From Candidatus Spyradenecus sp. (GTDB lineage: Bacteria > Verrucomicrobiota > Kiritimatiellia > RFP12 > DVOR01), in NCBI GenBank assembly GCA_051884775.1, contig JBJEVY010000075.1, positions 1-62,333 of the forward strand: DNA of 62,333 nucleotides. Direction: 5' to 3'. Shown in pieces: positions 1 to 8,976 of this stretch (its first letter is position 1; each line of letters opens with the position of its first letter). The notes under the pieces were generated by a model. That model searched no databases. It was not told where the DNA came from and saw only the letters and a program-made list of their open reading frames with translations. A program made the translations under genes and the position numbers.

Positions 1-90
1 ACTTCAAACTCCGCAGTAAGCCTTCAACGACAACATACATTACCAACACAAAGAGCACAAAGAAACATAAAGAAAGGCACGCAGGGAAGG
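1..90 (-). repeat. Partial copy of family-A intergenic repeat (CACAAAG-rich), reverse orientation, at contig edge
   Basis: caacacaaagagcacaaagaaacataaagaaaggcacgcaggg resembles the reverse complement of units at 11861-12250 and 62000-62290. Nt 1-55 are the exact reverse complement of 62279-62333. Confidence 0.7.
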
Positions 91-439
91 TGTGGGGGCT
101 ACTCGCCCCCACACCCCTCGGGAGCACGGGGTGCTCCACCCCGGCGCAAGCGCCCTGCGGGCACTTGCGCAATAGAGGAGCGCGTTGGGTGGTAAGCGTT
201 TTGCAGTGGCCTGCTCCGCCAGGCCACCCGATGCGCTGGGGGCTTGGGGGCAGCGCCCCCAAACGGCCCTGGCAGGGAGGCGCGAAGCGCATCCCTGCTG
301 CGCGTGCCACCGTGTGCCCGGCGTGCCCATAGCCGAAGTGCCCGCAGGGCGCTTTGGCTGGGGTGGAGCGCACTGCGCTCCCGGGGTGCAGGGCGAGTAG
401 CCCTGCCGGGGGGTGCGGGGGCGAGGAGTCCCCGGGGCG
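91..439. repeat. Chain of short GC-rich stem-loops (REP-like hairpin modules)
   Basis: Stems seen at 91-113 (tgtgggggc/gcccccaca), 121-137 (ggagcac/gtgctcc), 206-227 (gtggcctg/caggccac), 365-381 (ggagcgc/gcgctcc). 191-227 is a reverse copy of the CGGCCTGGCGGAGCAGGCCG...GCTTACC module found at 11761, 29278 and 30028. Confidence 0.6.
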
Positions 440-1246
440 TTAGAGCACGCCGAGGGTGTGGAGGTAGCGCACCACGCCGTTGTCCGTGTTGGAGGGGGCG
501 TGGTGCGGGCAGAGGGCGAGGAGGTCGGGGTGGGCATTGGCCATCGCCACGGCGTGGGTGCCCAGGGTCATCATCTCGGTGTCGTTGAGGTAGTCGCCAA
601 AGACGACGGCCTCGGCCGGCTGCAGGCCCCGGCGTTGGAGGAGCGCGGCGAGGGCGCGGCCCTTGTTGATGCGCGCGGGCTGGACGTCGATCCAGTAGGG
701 GCTCGAGTGGATAACGCGCAGGTCGGCGCGCGCCAGGGGGGCGAGGCGCTGCCAGAGCACGCCGCCGGCATCGGGGTGGTAGATGGCCACTTTGCAGAGG
801 CGCACGGGCGGGAGCGGATCGAGCGGCAGGTGCTCGCTGCGCGAAAAGTAGTGGCCCACCGCCTCGAAGTTCGCCGGATAGGCATCATCGACCCAGGCGC
901 AGGTGGCCCCGCAGAGGACTGGCGTGGCCCCCGGCACGCGCCGGGCTGTGGCAATCACTTCGGCAAAGAAGTCCACTGGCGTGAGGTCCTCGAAGAAGGG
1001 CTCGCACTCGCCGCCGAGCAGCGCCAGGGCGCCATTCTCGGCGATGATATCCAGCGTCAAGCCCAGTTCGGCGAACTGCGCTTGGAGGTTGGCCAACTGC
1101 CGGCCGCTGGCGATGGCCCAGCCAATGCCGCGCTCGGCCAGGCCGCGCACAATGGCCGGGAAGTGCGCCGGCAACTGCCGCTGACCATCGAGCAGCGTGC
1201 CATCCATATCGGTGACAATCAGGCGCGGGGCAGGCGCGGCGCTCAT
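440..1246 (-). CDS. Cof-type HAD-IIB family phosphatase
   Basis: 268-aa ORF. HAD motif I is IVTDMDGTLL; C-terminal GDYLNDTEMM resembles motif IV. The ATG overlaps the larE stop (ATGA). Confidence 0.8.
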   Translation of the reverse strand: MSAAPAPRLIVTDMDGTLLDGQRQLPAHFPAIVRGLAERGIGWAIASGRQLANLQAQFAELGLTLDIIAENGALALLGGECEPFFEDLTPVDFFAEVIATARRVPGATPVLCGATCAWVDDAYPANFEAVGHYFSRSEHLPLDPLPPVRLCKVAIYHPDAGGVLWQRLAPLARADLRVIHSSPYWIDVQPARINKGRALAALLQRRGLQPAEAVVFGDYLNDTEMMTLGTHAVAMANAHPDLLALCPHHAPSNTDNGVVRYLHTLGVL

Positions 1247-2133
1247 ACAAGCCCTCCATCAAAGGAGCCCGAGCGGAAGCCCGCCAGATCCAGCGTCACA
1301 AAGGTGTAGCCCACGGAGCGGAGGAGATCCAGGACGCTCTCGCGGCAGTCGAGCACCGTCTGGAGGCTCTCCAGCGGCACCTCTAGGCGGGCAATCGGCA
1401 GATGGTCACGCACGCGCAGCTCCCGCACCCCGGGCAACATGCGCCGCAGCAGCGCCTCGGCAATGCCCACGCGCTCGAGCCCCTCGGCCGTAATCGCCGT
1501 GCCATAGGGGAAGCGCGTGGCCAGGCAGGGCGCGCTCGGCTTCTGCGCCACGCCCAGAGCCCACGCCGCGGCCAACGCGCGAATGTCGGGCTTGGTCAGC
1601 CCCGCCTCGGCCAAGGGCGAGAAGATCCCCAGCTCCGCCAAGGCCTTGCGTCCCGGCCGCCACCCGGCACTGTCGCCGGCGTGCGTGCCCTCCATCACTG
1701 TGGCCAGACCCTCCGCCGCGGCCAGGGTCAGCAACTGACCAAAGAGCGCGCGCTTGCAGTGGTAGCAACGGTCGGGCGGATTGGCCACCACCGCCGCGTT
1801 CTGCAAGGTGTCGATGCGTAGCAGGCGGTGGGGCACGCCGAGTTGCCGGGCCACCTCGGCCGCTTCCTCGCCCTCGCGCACCAAGTGAAAGGGCGTTGCC
1901 GCCGTCACCGCCAAGAGTTTGAAGGGCGCCTCGCGCTGCAACCGCGCCAGCGCCGCCAGAACCACCGCGCTATCCACGCCCCCCGAAAGCGCCACGAGCA
2001 CCCCGCCCGCCACGCGTCCACGCAGCACCGTCAGCAGCTTCTCAGTCGACAGTCGGCAGTCGACAGTCGGCAGGGCTGGCGCTTGGTGTGTTTGGCCCGT
2101 CTGAGCCGAGGAAACTTGACCTATCGGGTTCAT
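1243..2133 (-). CDS. larE: LarE, ATP-dependent sacrificial sulfur transferase (PP-loop) for nickel-pincer cofactor synthesis
   Basis: PP-loop ALSGGVDSAV and LarE-like length. The ATG at 2133 lies 4 nt after the larC stop. The ORF stays open to 2178 through a heptad array, so the start is somewhat uncertain. Confidence 0.75.
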   Translation of the reverse strand: MNPIGQVSSAQTGQTHQAPALPTVDCRLSTEKLLTVLRGRVAGGVLVALSGGVDSAVVLAALARLQREAPFKLLAVTAATPFHLVREGEEAAEVARQLGVPHRLLRIDTLQNAAVVANPPDRCYHCKRALFGQLLTLAAAEGLATVMEGTHAGDSAGWRPGRKALAELGIFSPLAEAGLTKPDIRALAAAWALGVAQKPSAPCLATRFPYGTAITAEGLERVGIAEALLRRMLPGVRELRVRDHLPIARLEVPLESLQTVLDCRESVLDLLRSVGYTFVTLDLAGFRSGSFDGGLV

Positions 2134-2187
2134 CTGTCTATCCGTTGTGTACGCAACTGTCGACTGTCGACTGTTCACTGTTCACGG
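2043..2187. repeat. Inverted pair of GTCGACA-type heptad arrays flanking the larC stop / larE start
   Basis: Left arm 2043-2073 is cagtcgacagtcggcagtcgacagtcggcag. Right arm 2157-2187 is ctgtcgactgtcgactgttcactgttcacgg. The inner 17 nt are complementary apart from one G-T pair. Confidence 0.85.
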
Positions 2188-3388
2188 CTGCGGCGGCTGC
2201 CGCGGCATAAACCTCCGGGTAGCCAACCCCGGCGCGATCGGCCACCGCGCGCACGCTCTCGCTTTCGGGGTAGACGCGCTCGAGCGCCCCATAGCGGCAG
2301 CACTTGGCCCGCACCGGGCCATAGGGCGTGGCAACCGTCACCGCCTCGCGCGCCATCGTGATGCGGCGGACCTTGTGGGTGCGCAGGCCGATGGTGGTGG
2401 TTTCGCGCAAGAGCACCTCAGCCAAGGCCGGCACATCGGCCTCGCGGGCCAAGGCGCGCAGGATAATCCCGGGGCGAGACTTCTTCATCGTGCAGGGCAC
2501 CAGCGCCACATCGAGCGCGCCGGCGGCCAGGAGCTTCTCGCTGGCCACGGCCAACGCCTCGCCCGTGCAGTCATCGAGGTTTGCCTCGATCTCCACCGCC
2601 TCCTCGTCCGGTCCCGAGGCCGCCTCAATCACCATTGCCCGCAACACATTCGCGCAACCGAAGTCGCGCTCCCCCACCCCAATGCCCACCTGGCGCACCA
2701 CAAAGCGTTCAGGCAGCGCCGCAGCCGTCCGCATCGCAGCGGCCAAGGCAATCCCCGTGGGCGTGACCCGCTCGCCGCGTACCGCCGTTCGCTCCAAGGG
2801 CAGGCCCGTCTTCCGGGCGATATTGAGCACCGCGGGCACCGGCACCGGTAGCTCCCCGTGCGCGCAGTGGACCGTTCCGCACCCCTCGGAGAGCGCCTCG
2901 ACCACGCACCCGGCCACCCCCAGGTCGGCAAAGAGCACCGCCGTGGCCACAATATCGGCAATCGAATCGAGCGCCCCCACCTCGTGGAAGTGAACCTCCT
3001 CCACCGCGCACCCGTGCGCCTCGGCCTCGGCCTCGGCCACCAACGCAAAGGCCGCCTCGGCCAGGGCCCGCGCCCGGGGCTCCATCGGCAGTCGCGCCAA
3101 AATCGCCTGCACATCGGCTAAATGGCGGTGGGCGTGCGCGTGACCGTGATGTGCGTGCGGCGCGTGATGCGCATCCTTCCCAAAGGCCTCCGGCAGTTCC
3201 ACCGCAAAGCGCTCACCCGCAATCCCGTGCGAGGCGGCCTTCGTCCATCCAAAACGCAACCCCTCGGCCTCCAACGGCGCCAAGGCTGCGCGGACCTTCG
3301 CCTCGCTTCCGCCCAACGCATGCAGCGCCGCAGCCAGCATATCCCCGCTCGCCCCGCAACTGCCCTCAAGGTAAAGGTAGGTGTTCAT
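2138..3388 (-). CDS. larC: LarC, nickel insertion protein (DUF111 family)
   Basis: N-terminal YLEGSCGASGDM signature and His-rich HHAPHAHHGHAHAHRH stretch. GGAGGAG SD before the ATG at 3388. The C-terminal tail (NSEQSTVDS) is encoded by a heptad array. Confidence 0.85.
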   Translation of the reverse strand: MNTYLYLEGSCGASGDMLAAALHALGGSEAKVRAALAPLEAEGLRFGWTKAASHGIAGERFAVELPEAFGKDAHHAPHAHHGHAHAHRHLADVQAILARLPMEPRARALAEAAFALVAEAEAEAHGCAVEEVHFHEVGALDSIADIVATAVLFADLGVAGCVVEALSEGCGTVHCAHGELPVPVPAVLNIARKTGLPLERTAVRGERVTPTGIALAAAMRTAAALPERFVVRQVGIGVGERDFGCANVLRAMVIEAASGPDEEAVEIEANLDDCTGEALAVASEKLLAAGALDVALVPCTMKKSRPGIILRALAREADVPALAEVLLRETTTIGLRTHKVRRITMAREAVTVATPYGPVRAKCCRYGALERVYPESESVRAVADRAGVGYPEVYAAAAAAAVNSEQSTVDSCVHNG

Positions 3389-3398
3389 CTCTCCTCCG

Positions 3399-4088
3399 TC
3401 ATCTCTTCCTTAACATCCGGCACGCTTGCGCGGCGGCACCGAAGCCATTATCGATATTCACCACGCTCACCCCCTCCGCGCAGCCATTGAGCATCGCCAA
3501 GAGCGGGGCCAAGCCCCCAAAGGCCGCCCCATAACCCACCGAGGTCGGCACCGCAATCACCGGCACCTCCACCAACCCCGCCAGCACCGTCGCCAGCGCC
3601 CCCTCCATCCCTGCCACCGCAATCACCACATCCGCGCGCCGGATCGCCTCCAGCTGCCCCAGCAGTCGCTGCAACCCCGCCACCCCCACATCATAAAAGC
3701 GCTCCACCTCCGCTCCAAAGAAGCTCGCCGTCTGCGCCGCCTCCTCCGCCACCGGCACATCCGCTGTGCCCCCCGTGCAGACCGCCACCCGCCCGCGCAC
3801 CGGCCGCTTCGCCCCCGGCAACTGAATCGTCCGCCCCACCGCCTCATAGCGCGCCCCCGGCACCGCCGCCTCCACCGCCGCGCCCAACGCCGCCGAAGCC
3901 CGCGTCCCCAACGCCGCCTGACCCGAACGCGCAAAGGCCGCAAAGATTGCCGCCGCCTGCTCGGGCGTCTTCCCCGCGCAATAGACCGTCTCGGCCATGC
4001 CCGTCCGCCTCAAACGCGCCAAGTCCAGCCGGGCGAAGTCGCCCACCTGCGCCACACCATCGGCCGCATCATACTCGCTCATCACCAA
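3399..4088 (-). CDS. larB: LarB, pyridinium-3,5-biscarboxylic acid mononucleotide synthase (PurE-like)
   Basis: AGMEGALATVLAG...VIAVPTSVGYG motif of the AIR-carboxylase-like fold. AAGGAG SD at 4094-4099. The start is ambiguous among TTG 4088, GTG 4085 and ATG 4082. Confidence 0.8.
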   Translation of the reverse strand: MVMSEYDAADGVAQVGDFARLDLARLRRTGMAETVYCAGKTPEQAAAIFAAFARSGQAALGTRASAALGAAVEAAVPGARYEAVGRTIQLPGAKRPVRGRVAVCTGGTADVPVAEEAAQTASFFGAEVERFYDVGVAGLQRLLGQLEAIRRADVVIAVAGMEGALATVLAGLVEVPVIAVPTSVGYGAAFGGLAPLLAMLNGCAEGVSVVNIDNGFGAAAQACRMLRKR

Positions 4089-4180
4089 AGAGTCTCCTTG
4101 TGCCCCATACTATCCCACATTCCACCGCCGCTTGCCAATACCTGAATTGCGAAATTAGCTTGCTCTAATAGAAGGAGGTG

Positions 4181-4189
4181 TGATACACT
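4181..4189 (+). promoter_or_regulatory. Candidate extended -10 (TGaTACACT) for pflB
   Basis: Matches the TGnTAYAMT pattern recurring upstream of other genes in this window. It lies about 78 nt before the pflB ATG. Confidence 0.35.
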
Positions 4190-4266
4190 GTGGGCACTTT
4201 CTCGGCTTGATGAGCGGCAGCGGTCGCATGGGTCGAGAGTTCACACCGAAAAACGGAGGATACGAG

Positions 4267-6504
4267 ATGTTCCAGTACCCCGCATTTAAGTCCGGCGCTT
4301 GGGAGAAGTCCATTGACGTCCGCGACTTTATCCAGACCAACTACACGCCCTACGAGGGCGATGCTTCCTTCTTGGTGGGCCCGACGGCGCGCACGCAGAA
4401 GGTGAACGCCGAGTACGAGCGCCTGCACAAGGAGGAGTTCGACAAGGGCGGCGTGCTCGATGTGGATACGGACAACGCGTCCAGCCTGCTCAATCACAAG
4501 CCCGGTTATCTGGACAAGGAAAATGAGCTGATCGTGGGGCTGCAGACGGATGCTCCGCTGAAGCGCTCGGTCAACCCCTTCGGTGGCATGCGCATGGCCG
4601 AGCAGGCTGCCGAAGCCTATGGCTATCATCTGAGCGAAAAGCTGAAGACCGAGTTTACCTATCGCACCACGCACAACGATGGCGTCTTCCGCGCCTACAC
4701 CAAGGAGATGCGCGCGCTGCGTTCGGCCCACGTGCTCACCGGGTTGCCGGACGCCTACGGCCGCGGGCGCATCATCGGCGACTATCGCCGCGTGGCGCTC
4801 TACGGCATTGACCGCCTGATCGAGGAGAAGCAGAAGGACCTCGACCAGATCGGCACCGCGCCCGATGCGATTATGGACGATGAGACCATCCGCCTGCGCG
4901 AGGATGTCTGGCGCCAGATTGACTACCTTGGCCGCTTGAAGGAGATGGCCAAGATGTATGGCATCGATATCTCCAAGCCTGCCGTGACCGCCCGCGAGGC
5001 CATCCAGGCCACGTACTTGGGCTACCTGGCCGCCATCAAGGAGCAGAATGGCGCGGCGATGAGCCTCGGCCGCACCGCCACCTTCCTGGACATCTATATC
5101 GAGCGCGACCTGGCCGCCGGCGTCCTCACCGAGGAGACCGCCCAGGAGCTCATCGATGATTACGTGCTCCACCTGCGGATGAACCGCCAGCTGCGCACCC
5201 CCGAGTATAACGACATCTTTGCCGGCGACCCCACCTGGACCACCGAGTCCCTCGGCGGGATGGGCCTCGACGGCCGCACGCTGGTCACCAAGACCACCTT
5301 CCGCGTGCTCCACACCCTCGAGAACCTCGGCCCCGCGCCCGAGCCGAATATGACCGTGCTCTGGGCCCAGGCGCTGCCGCAGGGCTGGAAGGATTACTGC
5401 GCGCACGTCTCGATCGTCACCGACTCGGTGCAGTACGAGAATGACGACCTGATGCGCGAGCGCTTTGGCGACGATTACGCCATCGCCTGCTGCGTCTCGG
5501 CAATGACCGTCGGCAAGGACATGCAGTTCTTCGGCGCGCGCTGCAATCTGCCCAAGGTGCTCCTGATGGCCATCAACGGCGGCCGCGAGGAGATCAAGGG
5601 CAAGCAGGTCGGCCCGGTGAGCGACCTCCCGGCCGAGGGCGTGCTCGACTACGAAGACGTGATGGCCCGCTACAAGAAGCTTCTCTCCTGGCTCGCGCAT
5701 CAGTATGTGAACACGATGAACGTCATTCACTACATGCACGACAAGTACGCCTACGAGAAGATCCAGATGGCCCTGCACGATACGCACCTCGCGCATCGCT
5801 GGATGGCCTTCGGCTGCGCCGGCATCTCCGTGGCGGCCGACTCCCTCTCCGCCATCAAGTACGCCAAGGTCACCCCCATCCGTAACGAAGCCGGCCTCGC
5901 CGTCGACTTCAAGGTGGAAGGCGCCTTCCCCAAGTTCGGCAACGATGACGACCGCGTGGACGCCATCGCCAAGGAACTCGCCGAGTTCTTCTATGCCGAG
6001 CTCAAGAAGACCCCCTGCTACCGCGGCGCCGAGCACACCCTCTCGCTGCTCACCATCACCTCCAACGTGATGTACGGCCGCAACACCGGCGCCACCCCCG
6101 ATGGCCGCAAGGCCGGCGAAGCCTTCGCCCCCGGCGCCAACCCCATGCACGGGCGCGACGCCTCCGGCGCCACCTTCTCCCTCAACTCCGTGGCCAAGCT
6201 CAACTACGACGCCTGCCGCGATGGCATCTCCAACACCTTCACCATCAACCCGATGGCGCTGGGCAAGGTGGAGCCCGAGCAGGTCCAAAAGCTTACCCGC
6301 TTGATGGATGGCTACTTCGTCCAGGGCGCGCACCACCTCAACGTCAATGTCTTCAACACCGACCTCCTCCGCGACGCCCAGGCGCACCCGGAGAAGTATC
6401 CGAACTTGACGATTCGCGTCTCCGGCTACGCTGTGCGCTTCATCAACCTCAGCAAGAAGCATCAGGACGAGGTCATCGCCCGCACCTGCCACAGCTGCCT
6501 GTAA
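4267..6504 (+). CDS. pflB: Pyruvate formate-lyase (formate C-acetyltransferase)
   Basis: [20 protein letters not shown]-terminus, catalytic IACCVSAM, and glycyl-radical motif RVSGYAV near the C-terminus. GGAGGA SD before the ATG at 4267. Confidence 0.95.
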   Translation: MFQYPAFKSGAWEKSIDVRDFIQTNYTPYEGDASFLVGPTARTQKVNAEYERLHKEEFDKGGVLDVDTDNASSLLNHKPGYLDKENELIVGLQTDAPLKRSVNPFGGMRMAEQAAEAYGYHLSEKLKTEFTYRTTHNDGVFRAYTKEMRALRSAHVLTGLPDAYGRGRIIGDYRRVALYGIDRLIEEKQKDLDQIGTAPDAIMDDETIRLREDVWRQIDYLGRLKEMAKMYGIDISKPAVTAREAIQATYLGYLAAIKEQNGAAMSLGRTATFLDIYIERDLAAGVLTEETAQELIDDYVLHLRMNRQLRTPEYNDIFAGDPTWTTESLGGMGLDGRTLVTKTTFRVLHTLENLGPAPEPNMTVLWAQALPQGWKDYCAHVSIVTDSVQYENDDLMRERFGDDYAIACCVSAMTVGKDMQFFGARCNLPKVLLMAINGGREEIKGKQVGPVSDLPAEGVLDYEDVMARYKKLLSWLAHQYVNTMNVIHYMHDKYAYEKIQMALHDTHLAHRWMAFGCAGISVAADSLSAIKYAKVTPIRNEAGLAVDFKVEGAFPKFGNDDDRVDAIAKELAEFFYAELKKTPCYRGAEHTLSLLTITSNVMYGRNTGATPDGRKAGEAFAPGANPMHGRDASGATFSLNSVAKLNYDACRDGISNTFTINPMALGKVEPEQVQKLTRLMDGYFVQGAHHLNVNVFNTDLLRDAQAHPEKYPNLTIRVSGYAVRFINLSKKHQDEVIARTCHSCL

Positions 6505-6515
6505 GGAAGCAAAGG

Positions 6516-6567
6516 CCCCTTAGAAGCGAACGGCACCGCAGTCGCGGTGCCTTTCGCTTCTAAGGGG
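6516..6567 (+). terminator. Long stem-loop downstream of pflB
   Basis: Outer stem ccccttagaagcgaa (6516-6530) pairs with ttcgcttctaagggg (6553-6567). Inner stem is ggcaccgc/gcggtgcc. There is no clear U-tract. Confidence 0.55.
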
Positions 6568-6589
6568 GATGACGGATGACAGATGAAAG
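6568..6589 (+). repeat. Heptad array (GATGACG GATGACA GATGAAA)
   Basis: Three consecutive 7-nt units directly after the pflB hairpin. Confidence 0.6.
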
Positions 6590-6640
6590 GGTGCGGACAG
6601 CGCTCTCAGTTTATCCATCGCGGCACGCGTGCTGTCATCT

Positions 6641-6692
6641 GCGCTACAACAAAGCGGGGCAGCCGACTGGCTGCCCCGCTTTGTTGTAGCGC
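6641..6692. terminator. 24-bp perfect-stem hairpin between convergent pflB and rplI
   Basis: gcgctacaacaaagcggggcagcc-gact-ggctgccccgctttgttgtagcgc. Confidence 0.65.
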
Positions 6693-6701
6693 GCGTACGC
6701 C

Positions 6702-7160
6702 TTATTCCGCCTCGACCTTGAGGTTGAGCTGGCAGGAGACTTCGCTCATCAGGGCGATGGTCACCTCCAGGGTGCCCAGCTTCTTGATGGGCTCGGGGAG
6801 GAGCACCATCGCCGGGTCGACGGCCACGCCGGCGTCGGTGAGCGCCTTGGCGATATCCGCGGCGGTCACAGAACCGTAGAGCTTGCCCTCTTCGTCGCCC
6901 TCGACGGCCTTGACGACGAGCGTCAGGGTCTGACCCTTGAGCTTGGAAGCCTTGTCGAGCGCCTCGGCCTTGCGGATCTTGAGGAGCTCTTCGCGCTCCT
7001 TGCGGATCTTCTCGAGCTTGCGCAGGGCATTCTTGGTGACGGGCTCAGCGAGGCCCTGGGGCAGGAGGTAGTTGCGGGCGTAGCCATCACGCACGTGCAC
7101 AGTGTCGCCAATCTTGCCGAGGTGGGCGACATCATCCATCAGAATCACTTGAACGGACAT
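6702..7160 (-). CDS. rplI: 50S ribosomal protein L9
   Basis: MSVQVILMDDVAHLGKIGDTVHVRDGYARNYLLPQGLA is a typical L9 N-terminus. Confidence 0.95.
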   Translation of the reverse strand: MSVQVILMDDVAHLGKIGDTVHVRDGYARNYLLPQGLAEPVTKNALRKLEKIRKEREELLKIRKAEALDKASKLKGQTLTLVVKAVEGDEEGKLYGSVTAADIAKALTDAGVAVDPAMVLLPEPIKKLGTLEVTIALMSEVSCQLNLKVEAE

Positions 7161-7178
7161 GGTGTCATTCCTTTCGGG

Positions 7179-7421
7179 TTAGGCGAGCAGGCCCATGTTA
7201 CGAGCGCGGCGGATGCCCTTCTTGATGTGGCGCTGCTGGAGGGCGGTGACGCCCGAGACGCGCGCAGGGATAATCTTGCCGTACTCGGTGATAAAGTGGC
7301 TCAGGAGCTCGACGTTGTTAATGTCGACGAGTTCGGTGGGCTCGATGATGGGCTGACGCTTGCGGGGGACCAGGTCGGTCTTCGGCTTGCGGGAACCGGG
7401 GCGTTTGGGTTTCATAGGCAT
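7179..7421 (-). CDS. rpsR: 30S ribosomal protein S18
   Basis: LLSHFITEYGKIIPARVSGVTALQQRHIKKGIRRARNMGLL is the S18 core. Confidence 0.95.
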   Translation of the reverse strand: MPMKPKRPGSRKPKTDLVPRKRQPIIEPTELVDINNVELLSHFITEYGKIIPARVSGVTALQQRHIKKGIRRARNMGLLA

Positions 7422-7448
7422 GGTGAAAGTTCCTTGCTTACAGAGTGG

Positions 7449-7934
7449 TTAGAAGGGGAGATCTTCGGGGTCTTGGCTCTCAGGAGCGGGCGCGGCGGCC
7501 GGGGCCGGCGCAGGGGCCGAAGCGGTGGGTGCCGCGGGAGCGGGGGCCCACTCGCTGCTGACCGTTGCTCCGCTCGTCTCGCGCCGATTGGCGTTGGGCG
7601 AGTAGAGGAACTGGACGCGGTCGGCGCGCACACGCAGTCGGCTACGCTTCTGGCCAGTGGTCTTGTCTTCCCAGGAGTCGGTCACCAGACGGCCTTCCAC
7701 GAAGACCGGGCGGCCCTTGGTCAGGTACTGACCGCAGTTTTCCGCCACACGGCCCCAGACCGTGACATCGACGTAGGTGACGACCTCGCGGACTTCGTTG
7801 GTGGCGCGCGAGCGGAACTGCTCGCTCACCGCCAGGCTCATATCCGCGACGGTCTCGCCCGAGGGGGTCTGCTTCACGTCGGGATCCCGCGTGAGGTTCC
7901 CCATCAGGAAGACTTTATTGAGGGTTGCGGCCAT
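7449..7934 (-). CDS. ssb: Single-stranded DNA-binding protein
   Basis: OB-fold N-terminus NKVFLMGNLTRDPDV, Pro/Ala-rich linker and acidic tip EDLPF. Confidence 0.95.
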   Translation of the reverse strand: MAATLNKVFLMGNLTRDPDVKQTPSGETVADMSLAVSEQFRSRATNEVREVVTYVDVTVWGRVAENCGQYLTKGRPVFVEGRLVTDSWEDKTTGQKRSRLRVRADRVQFLYSPNANRRETSGATVSSEWAPAPAAPTASAPAPAPAAAPAPESQDPEDLPF

Positions 7935-7952
7935 CGAAGGCTCCCGTTTAGG

Positions 7953-8336
7953 TTAGGCTTCCACGGGGGCGGCTTCGGCGGCGGCCTTAGCGGCGGCTTC
8001 CTGGCGGGCCTTCTTCTCAGCGGCCTGCTTGGCCAGCTTCGCCTCCACGATCGGGTCGATCGCGAGGATCTGCAGGCGGAAGATCTCTTCAATCAGGGCA
8101 TAGCGAGCGCGCAGCTCGTTGACCTTGGCGGCATCCAGCTCAAAGCGGATGGTGAGGTAGGTGCCGCTCTCCTTCTTCTGCTGAACGCGGGCGAAGGTCT
8201 TCTTGCCAAGATCCTGGGTGTCGAGGACCTTGCCGCCGATGCGGGTGATTTCGCCCTGCATCCGCTCAATGGTTTTCGCCCAGGCCTCATCGCGGCCGTT
8301 CTGGACGAAGATGAAATGTGCGTCGTACTGCTTCAT
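7953..8336 (-). CDS. rpsF: 30S ribosomal protein S6
   Basis: MKQYDAHFIF start and position in the rpsF-ssb-rpsR-rplI order. Confidence 0.9.
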   Translation of the reverse strand: MKQYDAHFIFVQNGRDEAWAKTIERMQGEITRIGGKVLDTQDLGKKTFARVQQKKESGTYLTIRFELDAAKVNELRARYALIEEIFRLQILAIDPIVEAKLAKQAAEKKARQEAAAKAAAEAAPVEA

Positions 8337-8344
8337 TACAATTC

Positions 8345-8929
8345 CTAAGGGTTCGGTTGCCGGGGGGCATTGTAGCGGTTCTGGGCCTCAGCGGTGCCGC
8401 AGTCGATCCAGCAGAGCGCCGCTTCGGCGGCTCGCTGGGCGGTCTGCGCGGCTTCCTCGGCCTCCTCGGGGGAGAAGCGGTGGAGGACGAAGTCAATCAA
8501 TCCTCTGCGCTCTCCGGCGCGGCGCCCGGCTCCAAGGCGGAGGCGGGCAAAGGCTTCGGTGCCGACATGCGCGATGATGCTCTTAAGGCCGTTGTGGCCG
8601 CCGGCGGAACCGGCTGGGCGAAGACGGAGCTGCCCGGGGGGCAGGTCGCAATCGTCGCTCAAGACGAGCAAGTCATCGGCACTTGCGCCGTAGTACTTCA
8701 GGAAGGGGCCCACAGATTCTCCGGAGAGGTTCATGTAGGTCTGCGGCTTGAGCAGCCACAGGGTTTCCCCCTTGCGAAGGACTTTGGCAACGAGGGCTTT
8801 GAAGCGCGGTTCGTTTTTCCACTCTGCTTCGAGCTGCGCGGCGAGCGCGTCGAGGGCCAAGAAGCCGAGATTATGGGGAGTTTGGGCGTATTGCGCGCCG
8901 GGGTTCCCGAGACCAACCAACACTTTCAT
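8345..8929 (-). CDS. pth: Peptidyl-tRNA hydrolase
   Basis: MKVLVGLGNPGAQYAQTPHNLGF and GGHNGLKSI motifs. The start was chosen at the internal ATG 8929. Confidence 0.95.
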   Translation of the reverse strand: MKVLVGLGNPGAQYAQTPHNLGFLALDALAAQLEAEWKNEPRFKALVAKVLRKGETLWLLKPQTYMNLSGESVGPFLKYYGASADDLLVLSDDCDLPPGQLRLRPAGSAGGHNGLKSIIAHVGTEAFARLRLGAGRRAGERRGLIDFVLHRFSPEEAEEAAQTAQRAAEAALCWIDCGTAEAQNRYNAPRQPNP

Positions 8930-8976
8930 AGCGTCATTGCCGTGGCCCAGCCGCACGGATGCGGCCGGCCGGTGGA

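Noticed and set aside
1-55. Perfect 55-nt inverted identity between the two contig ends (1-55 versus 62279-62333), which could suggest terminal inverted repeats of a linear element or transposon
   Set aside because: The identity stops at exactly 55 nt; position 56 mismatches. That is the behaviour expected when both ends of a de Bruijn-graph contig abut the same repeat node with k=55. Both ends lie in family-A repeat arrays that also occur internally in both orientations. The gene content is core chromosomal (ribosomal proteins, his, isp, prs). It should still be checked against the assembly graph.
4165-6492. Very long ORFs antisense to, or overlapping, real genes: 4165-6492(-), 13884-16577(+), 22138-23979(+), 39289-41352(+), 42740-45550(+), 16240-17733(+), 49515-51311(+) and 51722-53395(+)
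   Set aside because: The translations are low-complexity and Arg/Gly/Pro/Ala/His-rich, with no recognisable motifs. Each lies opposite a gene with clear family signatures. This is a typical artefact of stop-codon scarcity in GC-rich DNA.
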